Of a DNA stretch of 64,000 nt, positions 56,870 to 64,000 are shown piece by piece. The notes under the pieces were generated by a model. The model was not told the DNA's origin, searched no databases, and saw only the letters and a program-made list of their open reading frames with translations. The translations under genes were made by a program, and so were the position numbers. Position 1 is the first letter of the stretch, and every line of letters starts with the position of its first letter. This DNA comes from an uncultured Fibrobacterota bacterium (GTDB lineage: Bacteria > Fibrobacterota > Chitinivibrionia > Chitinivibrionales > FEN-1185). Location of the stretch: positions 29,117-93,116 of the forward strand of contig CAVWBU010000040.1 of assembly GCA_963753345.1 (NCBI GenBank). Direction: 5' to 3'.

Positions 56870-57778
56870 ATGACACAGAAAAAAATTACTAATTTCGGGG
56901 CCTCTGTAAGGGAGCGGCTTCTTCAACTCTCCCGAAAAACGAATCGGAGTTTTGAGGCTGTCCTCCGGCAATATTGTCAGGAAAGGTTTCTCCATAGATT
57001 ATCGGTATCCAAATACAGAAGCAATTTTATCCTTAAAGGAGGACTGCTTTTTCTATCTTTTTCCCAACCTGTCCGCCGCCCGACGATAGATATTGATTTT
57101 CTAGGAATACACCTTGACGAAAATCCTAAAGCGTTGAAGCAGGTATTTTCCGAAATCGCTCTTATTTTCTGTCAAGACGGAATCGAATATCACCCCTCGC
57201 GAATGAGTGTTGAACGAATCAAAGAAGGGACCGATTTTAACGGAAGCCGAATAATAATACCCGCTGTTCTGGCCCGAGCTCGCGTCAAACTTCAAATCGA
57301 CGTGGCCTTTGGCGATGCGCTTACAAAAGAGCCAAGGATTTTCGATTTTCCAACCCTCCTCGACCATCCGAAACCGACGATTCTTGCTTATTCGCTTGTC
57401 ACAATGATTGCGGAAAAGTTTCAGGCAATTGTGGAACGTCTGACCGCGACAAGTAGAATGAAAGACTTTTTTGATATAGCTTCACTTTCGGAAATGGCGT
57501 CCTTTAGCGGGAACGAACTGATTGAAGCCTTTTCGCAGACATTCAAACGACGCGGACTCGATCTCCAACGCGCTCATTCAGTATTTATGGCTGAATTTGT
57601 TGCAAATCCAGGGCTTGTCAACATGTGGAAAGGGTTCCTGGCTCGAAACAAAATCGAATATTCCGATTTCGATGGTACTATGCAAAAAATCCGGAATTTT
57701 CTAGAACCGGTCGTCACGGAAACCTGTAAGGGCCAAATTTGGAATGAAAAAAACGGGAAATGGGAAAATCAAACCTAA
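56870..57778 (+). CDS. Type IV toxin-antitoxin toxin, AbiEii nucleotidyltransferase
   Basis: ERFLHRLS, FILKGG, RPTIDIDF, IDVAFGD, AEKFQA, SRMKDFFD. Confidence 0.9.
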   Translation: MTQKKITNFGASVRERLLQLSRKTNRSFEAVLRQYCQERFLHRLSVSKYRSNFILKGGLLFLSFSQPVRRPTIDIDFLGIHLDENPKALKQVFSEIALIFCQDGIEYHPSRMSVERIKEGTDFNGSRIIIPAVLARARVKLQIDVAFGDALTKEPRIFDFPTLLDHPKPTILAYSLVTMIAEKFQAIVERLTATSRMKDFFDIASLSEMASFSGNELIEAFSQTFKRRGLDLQRAHSVFMAEFVANPGLVNMWKGFLARNKIEYSDFDGTMQKIRNFLEPVVTETCKGQIWNEKNGKWENQT

Positions 57779-57837
57779 AAAGATAGCCTAACACCAAATC
57801 TTATTGAAATAGGATCCAGATCCTGCTATTTATCGAA

Positions 57838-58263
57838 TTACACTATGCCGTCATCCCAAATGAGTTCATGGATTGGAAAGGGTCCTACCTCCCGCGAGTT
57901 GTTTTTGACATAAGAGAAGATAACTCCGGTAATACCCTTCCACAGGTAAGTGCTCAGGCAATAGGTCTTATAAATGCCGGCTTTGTTTTTGAAGCGAATT
58001 TTGTACCTTTGAATTTTTGTATCGGCAAACAGCATGCATTCCTGTAGGATATCTTCGCCATGGGTGACAACAGCAGGATATGATATCGAAGTCTGAATGC
58101 GGAATACCATAAATCCGACCAGATGTAATAAAATTTTATCCCGCGCCGGTCGGTCGCCTTTCTTTGCGAGGCGAATGAGCCTCCTTTCCTCATTTCCTGA
58201 AAGCTTTTTATGCTCGGTGATGGTGGCACGAAAATTGTGAAAAGGGTCTCGCGTTTTTTTCAA
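57838..58263 (-). CDS. Truncated sigma-70-like protein (regions 1.2-2 only)
   Basis: LSGNEERRLIRLAKKGDRPARDKILL, EDILQE, LSTYLWKGI resemble sigma r1.2/r2; TTG start after AAGGAG; no region 4. Confidence 0.6.
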   Translation of the reverse strand: MKKTRDPFHNFRATITEHKKLSGNEERRLIRLAKKGDRPARDKILLHLVGFMVFRIQTSISYPAVVTHGEDILQECMLFADTKIQRYKIRFKNKAGIYKTYCLSTYLWKGITGVIFSYVKNNSREVGPFPIHELIWDDGIV

Positions 58264-58443
58264 AAATGGAACTCCTTCCCGACTCTCGAAATTACATGCT
58301 GATCGTGCTGAAAAAGAAGAGGCCAGCACCAAAATGCCGGCCCCTTTTTCCCCAACACTATTCAACATCCGATCATTCATCATTGAAGAGTGAAAAGGAT
58401 ATGATTCGTGGCGTGCGCCCGGCCGGCCGCATTGACCACGATC

Positions 58444-58650
58444 CTAATCAAAGCACCTATTGACTTTTGATATTTCTGCCAGCTCAGATTCGAATTCATA
58501 ACAACAGGCGGCCGATACCGCCTCCGCATCATCGGCGGTATCGGCCGCGAGCCGAAGATTCTTTCCGTTCTCATAAAATCGCACGAACAATTTTCCGCTT
58601 ATCGGATCTCGAAACAAAACCACTGCATTTCTTCCCATTTGCGTTACCAC
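58444..58650 (-). CDS. Small hypothetical protein
   Basis: 68-aa ORF; start uncertain; contains a perfect inverted repeat. Confidence 0.35.
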   Translation of the reverse strand: MVTQMGRNAVVLFRDPISGKLFVRFYENGKNLRLAADTADDAEAVSAACCYEFESELAEISKVNRCFD

Positions 58651-58857
58651 ATATTATTTTTTGAGTCGTTTTGAAGCACGCCATCAGCCATCGAAGGTAT
58701 AGTCTCTTCGCGTGACGGAAAAAGATAATTTAGCATTCCTGCGCGTTTTTGTCAGGATTCTAACAAGATAGAAAGTTCCGGAGAGTCGTTAAATTGAGAG
58801 ATTTTTGAAGAGTCCGTCTTATAAGTTAATGAAGAATAAATAAGTGTAAAGACCCAC

Positions 58858-58933
58858 GCACCATTAGCTCAGTTGGTAGAGCAACTGACTCTTAATCAGT
58901 AGGTCTCAGGTTCGAATCCTGAATGGTGTACCA
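58858..58933 (+). tRNA. tRNA-Lys (anticodon CTT)
   Basis: Complete 76-nt cloverleaf: GCACCAT/ATGGTGT acceptor, GCTC/GAGC D stem, ACTGA-CTCTTAA-TCAGT, TCAGG-TTCGAAT-CCTGA, ACCA. Confidence 0.97.
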
Positions 58934-58980
58934 AAAAAGTCCCCAAATTTGCAAGATTAAAGCATTTTGGGGGCTTTTTT
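58934..58980 (+). terminator. Hairpin with T tract after tRNA-Lys
   Basis: AAAAAGTCCCCAAA...TTTGGGGGCTTTTT. Confidence 0.7.
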
Positions 58981-59000
58981 ATTTTCTGCCGTCATTCCTT

Positions 59001-59054
59001 CATACTACCAAATACTACCAAGTACTACGAAAAAGTGTACACTAAGTGTACACT
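59001..59054. repeat. att-arm-like repeats: three 10-mers plus two GTGTACACT
   Basis: CATACTACCA AATACTACCA AGTACTACGA; GTGTACACT at 59035 and 59046. Confidence 0.8.
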
Positions 59055-59171
59055 TGCACGACGAGGCGTTGATTCCATGAATGACGGTGGCGGGATGTTT
59101 TAGCCAGGAAATAGTAAATTTTATTCAAGTCGCATTCACTCACCAACCAAGCTGAAGTCTAGAGTTGTTTT

Positions 59172-60006
59172 TTAAGCGACCCTACTTTTTAATTGGTCGA
59201 AGCTGCTGCATAAATCATTCAATCTTTTAATGACTACCTTTTTTTCAATGCTTTTTACACGAATATGACGATGCTTTAGACTATTTGCTATTCTTAATGT
59301 TTTCCTTTTAGAATCGACAAAAACTGCCGCTCGGATTTTTTGGCTGTGCGGATTATCCAACCATTTTTTCTGCAGTGTCTCCTCTTACAGCCTCTGCAAC
59401 TATAATTGGTTCTTTGAGGATGAAGGTTTCAAATCCTTCACCGGTCTTTCTTCTTTCATCTTCAAAAATTATGTAATTATCAGCAAAGGGAATAGGTTTG
59501 CCCCCAATAAAATCGGTTGAACGGACAATCCCATTTTGTTCGATTTTTAACAAATCACCGTTCTTTTTTCGTCCTTTGATTCCTTTTGTTTTAATAATTC
59601 GCCATAGCCAGTCTTTATGAAGTTTTTCACCAGGCGATTTAAGAGGCTCGTTGTGGCAGTAGCCAGATTGCTCTTTGCGAATCAAGTGGTTTTTATATTG
59701 TCGATAGGCGAGATATTTATTATTATTCCAAATATCAATATGCCTTATTTTTTCTTTTACTGTTGCGAACCCAATGAAATAATATTTTGCTGAAAGAGAA
59801 GGTGCCAAATCTTTTTCGTCATCTGTTGCAAAAAAAATGACAACGTCACCTTTTACTAAATGATTCCTAACATCTTGACGACAGACTGACCATGTGATTA
59901 ATCCAGATAACTTTAGGCTACACAATAAAGAAGGATCGTCTCCTTTATCGTAAACGCCATTTGCTTTTTGCGACCGAAGAAATGTTACAATGTATAGCTG
60001 GCTCAT
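59172..60006 (-). CDS. Nmad2-like (nucleotide-modification-associated) protein; probable frameshift near 59364-59369
   Basis: DDP...TWSVCRQDVRNHLVKGDVVIFF resembles Nmad2; removing one A from the A6 run joins 59353-60006 to 59172-59360 (AEKWLDNPHS...). Confidence 0.5.
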
Positions 60007-60157
60007 AATGTATAAAGAAAGAATACTGTTGTTTTCTGCGAATTGTCTACTGTAAATATGTTATGCATCTGTTGGCAAAGTTTAAAAAAGAATCGTGAAT
60101 AAGTGGCGGTTGTTCGAGGATATATTGTCCACGACTTTTTTATTTGAACTTCCTCCG

Positions 60158-60433
60158 CTACTTTGATTTCATCGTGTCTTTCAGCAGCTCTATTGAAAAC
60201 GGGAACCGTAGTATGTGGCTTAATAAGTATCCCTTAGTTCCCGGGTTTCTAATTACATATCCCATTGATACCAGAAAATCCAAATCCCTGTAGATCGTAC
60301 GCTCGCTTGTTCCTTTTTTTATTCGGGATATCCTGTCTGATAACTGGCCCATGCTCAAAATTCCTTCAGTGTAGAGTGCATGAAGAATTCTGAGCACCCG
60401 TTCGGTCTGCGCGTATTGAGTTTTACCAGACAT
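60158..60433 (-). CDS. Stand-alone winged-HTH regulator (N-terminus of WYL-type regulators)
   Basis: ERVLRIL..L, SERTIYRDLDFL..MG, GY.L; no WYL domain; GGAG RBS. Confidence 0.75.
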   Translation of the reverse strand: MSGKTQYAQTERVLRILHALYTEGILSMGQLSDRISRIKKGTSERTIYRDLDFLVSMGYVIRNPGTKGYLLSHILRFPFSIELLKDTMKSK

Positions 60434-60570
60434 GAATACTCCATATTTTTGAAATAAATTGACGCAGAATGGCAGGTTGTGTAAGAGTAATATAGTAGGA
60501 GATAATCATCAGGAACAAGCGTAAAAAGCCAGGATGATTATCCCATACAAATCCACCAAAAGGAGGGGCC

Positions 60571-60927
60571 ATGCTGATACAACAAGGTGATGTTCTGCTA
60601 AAATTGATTGAAGGAAACGAATGGATTGGGTGTGAAGGTACGGCTTATTTGGCTAAGGACAACCGCTGTATAATTGCAGAAGGAGAGGTGTCTGGCCATA
60701 TGCATGTGGCGGTTGGAAAAAGCCTGATGGTTACTTATCCAGGAACTCTGTTGACCTTTTATGATGGTAGCACCAGAAGCGATCTGTTCTTAATCGATAG
60801 CTGCAAACCATTTAAACTCCAGCATCAGGAGCACAAAGAGATTACCATCCCGGCAGGAACATGGTCTGTTGAAAAAGTGAAGGAATATGACCATTTTAAA
60901 GAGGGAACAACGGAGGTTAAAGACTGA
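60571..60927 (+). CDS. His-rich small partner protein of DUF6745
   Basis: QQGDVLL, IAEGEVSGHMH, LQHQEHKEITIPAGTW.V...KEYD; AAGGAGG RBS. Confidence 0.75.
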   Translation: MLIQQGDVLLKLIEGNEWIGCEGTAYLAKDNRCIIAEGEVSGHMHVAVGKSLMVTYPGTLLTFYDGSTRSDLFLIDSCKPFKLQHQEHKEITIPAGTWSVEKVKEYDHFKEGTTEVKD

Positions 60928-60928
60928 T

Positions 60929-61975
60929 ATGAAAAAAATTCTCGGACCTGATTTTATTGTAAACTTGACGAATTATCGAGATCAATGGCTCCACATGGGA
61001 ATATCCTCGCATATTCTTGATCGAGCCAGGATTTCCCACCTTATTGAATCGGTCTACCTGTTGATCGGATTTGAACGGCCGAGTGTTGCCTGGTGCGGTT
61101 CACCTCTGGAAGCAGTCAAATATCTTATCACAAGTAAAGACACAACAATTTTTAATAAAATATCCCATATAATAGCACATGATTGGGAAACCGTAGTCTC
61201 CTTTGGAAAAACTTTTAAACTGAAGCTTGCCGAAGAACAGCAAAAATATGATGTTCCGGCTATCATCGAGGATGAAATACCAGTAGCTCTTTTTTCATTA
61301 CGGCCCTTCTGGAGCATAAGCCTTATTGAAACGGAGATTAATGAACAATCAATCGATGCCTTTGAAGAGGCGAAAACATTATATGAAGAAATCGCATATT
61401 GCGGTTTTTTCGAAAGGGAACTTGGGGCAAAACTACAATACAGTTTGAATCCTTTATTTGAATTGTGTGAGAATTGTTCATGGTGGATTCCCTGTGAAAA
61501 GCAAGTGATTGTCTCTGAAAATCCTGTCCTTGCTTATATCACAAACAATGAGCAGGTATTCACACCAGTTTTGCATCATGATGGCGGCCCCGCATTATTA
61601 TATCCTGATGGTTTTGCTATTTATGCATTGAATGGAATCAGAGTACCAAAAGAAATTGCCGTCGCTCCTCATTCAAGTCTTGATCCTCATCTACTATTGC
61701 ATGAATCCAACGCCGATGTGCGAAGAGAAATTGTCAGGAAAATTGGCATAGAAAGGATTTGCCAAGAACTGAATGCCAGGACTATAGACAGTTATGAAGA
61801 CTATGAACTTCTAATTCTTGATATCGGTGATGGACGGAGGCGGCCATATCTCAAAATGAAAAACCCCAGCATTGGAGTCTATCATGTGGAAGGTGTTCCG
61901 CCTGAAATAAAAACAGTCAAAGAAGCCCTTTCGTGGCGAAACGGGACAGATGAAAAGCCGTTCTTAATGAGCTAA
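60929..61975 (+). CDS. DUF6745-domain protein
   Basis: WCGSP, WWIP, LHHDGGPALLYPDGFAIYALNGIRVP, NADVRREIVRKIG, LKMKNPS, VPP..KTVKEALSW. Confidence 0.75.
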   Translation: MKKILGPDFIVNLTNYRDQWLHMGISSHILDRARISHLIESVYLLIGFERPSVAWCGSPLEAVKYLITSKDTTIFNKISHIIAHDWETVVSFGKTFKLKLAEEQQKYDVPAIIEDEIPVALFSLRPFWSISLIETEINEQSIDAFEEAKTLYEEIAYCGFFERELGAKLQYSLNPLFELCENCSWWIPCEKQVIVSENPVLAYITNNEQVFTPVLHHDGGPALLYPDGFAIYALNGIRVPKEIAVAPHSSLDPHLLLHESNADVRREIVRKIGIERICQELNARTIDSYEDYELLILDIGDGRRRPYLKMKNPSIGVYHVEGVPPEIKTVKEALSWRNGTDEKPFLMS

Positions 61976-62016
61976 CATGCCCTTTACCAATAAAAGACAA
62001 AACAGAGGGAGTATTT

Positions 62017-62274
62017 ATGAAAATTGTCATTGTTAAGAAGGAGGGAACTGTCATAAAAGTATATACCAATGCAAAAGAACCTTTAGAGGCAGTTGAACTT
62101 AATTTGTCCCTGAAGGAAGAAGCGGTCAAGCTACCAGGAAAAGGCTGGACAGATGTTTCATTATGCGATCTGGATGTTGTCGTAAATAGGAAATTTGTAG
62201 AACATGTTTTTGATGATGATGCACGAGACAAAGCATTAGTTAAGTTCCAGGGCAGTCATATCCACCGCCCGTGA
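62017..62274 (+). CDS. Small hypothetical protein
   Basis: 85-aa ORF with GAGGGAG RBS, co-oriented with DUF6745. Confidence 0.55.
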   Translation: MKIVIVKKEGTVIKVYTNAKEPLEAVELNLSLKEEAVKLPGKGWTDVSLCDLDVVVNRKFVEHVFDDDARDKALVKFQGSHIHRP

Positions 62275-62386
62275 CGCCCAATTAAGCCGTGTCCGTATCC
62301 ATGGAATATCTACTGGGTCGAGATCCTGCTTGGTTGGACAGGCCTTTCCGGTCAGCAGGAGGAGAACCGGTGAGCTTTGGTAACCT

Positions 62387-62436
62387 TCAGACTACGGATC
62401 AGAAGGTTGGGGGTTCAAGTCCCTCTGGCCGTACCA
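62387..62436 (+). repeat. 3' half of tRNA-Arg(ACG); att-like fragment
   Basis: CTACGGA anticodon loop, GGGGG-TTCAAGT-CCCTC T arm, TGGCCGT-A-CCA; no D arm or 5' acceptor strand upstream. Confidence 0.85.
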
Positions 62437-62438
62437 TT

Positions 62439-62482
62439 AAAAAGCCTCAAAATCTGCAAATTTAGGCAATTTTGAGGCTTTC
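62439..62482 (+). terminator. Hairpin after the tRNA-Arg fragment
   Basis: AAAGCCTCAAAAT...ATTTTGAGGCTTT. Confidence 0.65.
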
Positions 62483-62505
62483 TTATTTTCTAGCCTTTGA
62501 AGCTT

Positions 62506-62569
62506 CATACGCTCAAGTACGCTAAAATACGCTGAAGTACGCTGTAACTGTGTACACTTTGTGTACACT
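62506..62569. repeat. att-arm-like repeats: four 10-mers plus two GTGTACACT
   Basis: CATACGCTCA AGTACGCTAA AATACGCTGA AGTACGCTGT; GTGTACACT at 62550 and 62561. Confidence 0.8.
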
Positions 62570-62990
62570 TTTCGGCAGGGTGGGGCCATGCAGATGCATG
62601 CCCATGCAAGAACCGCGTTATACCGACGAAGTCGATTTCGTCGACAACCTGGAGGAATCATGGTATAATCACATAATCTTTGTTCAGGTCCGAACTTTTG
62701 AAAGTGACTCCGTGTGCCACGATCATCCTTGATTGAGTATGATGAGTGAAAAGTACAATCGAGGACGACAGTGGCACAGATTGGGGTAAAGATTTCAGGC
62801 AGGCCACGTGTCCGCTGTTTATGTACTTGATGGCTAATACTGACAGTGAAAGACAGAAACACAAGGACAAGGCCGCCACGAAGAGATGGAGTGGTCCTCA
62901 GAACTTCCCAAAGTAGCTTTTTTAGAGGTTATCAAAAAGATAATGTGTTTGTGTACAAGTAATATGAGAACATAACAGGAGGTTTTAGAA

Positions 62991-64000
62991 ATGAATTATC
63001 CGCGATTCATTGTTGATAAACCTGAAGGTAGAGACCTTTACGAAGGACAGTCACAGAACAGGATCGCGGACAATATCAGCCAATTTATTACTGAAAACGA
63101 GGGTAGCAATAGAAAAGTTGTTGGAATTGAAGGGGAATGGGGGGCTGGCAAATCTAATGTCATTGAGATATTAAGAAACAAACTCAAAGATAGCTATTAC
63201 TTCTTTGTTTTTGATGCATGGGGCCATCAAGAAGATTTAACGAGGCGATCCATCTTAGAGGGACTCTTATCTAACCTAATAGGAGATAACGTACTCAAAG
63301 GCACAAATTGGCCAATTGAATTAAAGGATCTTTTATCAAGAAGGATTGAAAAGCAACAAAAAAGTATTCCAAAAATTAGCATGGGCGTCCTCCTGTCAGT
63401 GTTGGGTATTCTCCTAATACCCGTAACAAGGTTCATGGCAGAAACCTATTTGAAGTCTCTTACTGATTTAAATACCCATGTCGGTCCATTTCAGTTATTT
63501 GTCGCAAGTTCAATACTATTATCTTCTTTCAGCTTTCTTCTTTTGTGGATTGTAGGCTCGGTCATAAAAGCAAAAAGTGGAGATAGAATCAAGGTAGCAA
63601 CCGAGTTGTTCTATCTTTATAAGGGTCAAGAAATAGAAAGCATATCAACAGAAACCATCTCAGAGGATGAACCAACAGTCCTTCAATTTACGCAATTTCT
63701 TTCAAAAGTGGAAAAGGCGGCCTCCAAGAAATTGGTCATTGTTTTTGACAACATGGACAGACTTCCTGCACCAAATGTAAAGGAAATATGGTCATCAATC
63801 CATACTTTTTTTGCGAATGATTACAACTCTATGAAAACATGGGCAATCGTTCCATTTGACAATAAGCATATTTGCGATATTTTTAAAGGGGAATCCGATT
63901 CGGACAAACTCCGGGCTGATAGCTATATTCATAAGACATTTTCTATCGTCTTTCATGTATCACCTCCCATTCTTTCCGATTGGAAATATTTCTTTAATTC
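62991..64000 (+). CDS. KAP-family P-loop NTPase (partial; runs off the window)
   Basis: AGGAGG RBS; MNYPRFIVDKPEGRDLYEG...GIEGEWGAGKS, FDAWGHQED, two TM helices, VIVFDNMDRL; absent from the ORF track because no stop codon lies in the window. Confidence 0.9.
   Translation, partial: MNYPRFIVDKPEGRDLYEGQSQNRIADNISQFITENEGSNRKVVGIEGEWGAGKSNVIEILRNKLKDSYYFFVFDAWGHQEDLTRRSILEGLLSNLIGDNVLKGTNWPIELKDLLSRRIEKQQKSIPKISMGVLLSVLGILLIPVTRFMAETYLKSLTDLNTHVGPFQLFVASSILLSSFSFLLLWIVGSVIKAKSGDRIKVATELFYLYKGQEIESISTETISEDEPTVLQFTQFLSKVEKAASKKLVIVFDNMDRLPAPNVKEIWSSIHTFFANDYNSMKTWAIVPFDNKHICDIFKGESDSDKLRADSYIHKTFSIVFHVSPPILSDWKYFFN

Larger units (their letters stand above)
53328..58897. mobile_element. About 5.5-kb island bounded by a duplicated tRNA-Lys 5' half; no integrase seen
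   Basis: Direct repeat of the tRNA 5' half at both ends; lower GC; conflict-system cargo. Confidence 0.75.

Noticed and set aside
62360-62436. Complete tRNA-Arg gene
   Set aside because: No D arm or 5' acceptor strand complementary to TGGCCGT, and the anticodon stem has a mismatch
59001-62569. Short tandem repeats as a CRISPR array
   Set aside because: Units are 9-11 bp with no unique spacers, and there are no cas genes
53368-64000. Prophage or ICE
   Set aside because: No integrase, structural, terminase or conjugation genes recognised in the window

Overview
Bacterial chromosomal window, GC-rich up to about 53.3 kb and visibly AT-richer after that. T9SS-like C-terminal domains, bacterioferritin, superoxide reductase and many sigma-54 promoters suggest an anaerobic or microaerophilic FCB-group-like organism; this is inference only. 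(1) 1-17.5 kb and 37.5-44.5 kb: redox, iron and stress genes (ferredoxin, Trx/TrxR, ferritin-like proteins, pirin, OsmC, Tat-rubredoxin-superoxide reductase, cupredoxin, Bfr, NfeD/SPFH). About a dozen -24/-12 sigma-54 promoter matches occur here, along with a recurring TTCYCA-N4-TGRGAA upstream palindrome. The region also holds a probable selenocysteine rhodanese (in-frame TGA plus SECIS-like hairpin). (2) 17.6-31.9 kb: a CheB/CheR, PAS, Cache and histidine kinase operon. Two kinase-less sensors share one C-terminal helix motif and two kinases share another internal motif. Two repeat-flanked cassettes (four-helix-bundle protein; DUF559 endonuclease) interrupt the operon. (3) 32-37.5 kb: a cluster of type III PKS, fused double methyltransferase, ACP, ketosynthase and a U32 Fe-S protein, a candidate O2-independent alkyl-phenol/quinone pathway. 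(4) 44.6-53.1 kb: alpha-2-macroglobulin, YaiI and RmuC. (5) 53.2-64 kb: a tRNA-Lys(CTT) integration hotspot with tRNA fragments, conserved att-arm repeats and conflict/defence-like cargo (primase-helicase, AbiE toxin-antitoxin, truncated sigma, Nmad2-like, HTH plus DUF6745 pair, KAP NTPase). Several single-base frameshifts may be assembly errors. All family calls come from motif recognition by eye; no searches were run.
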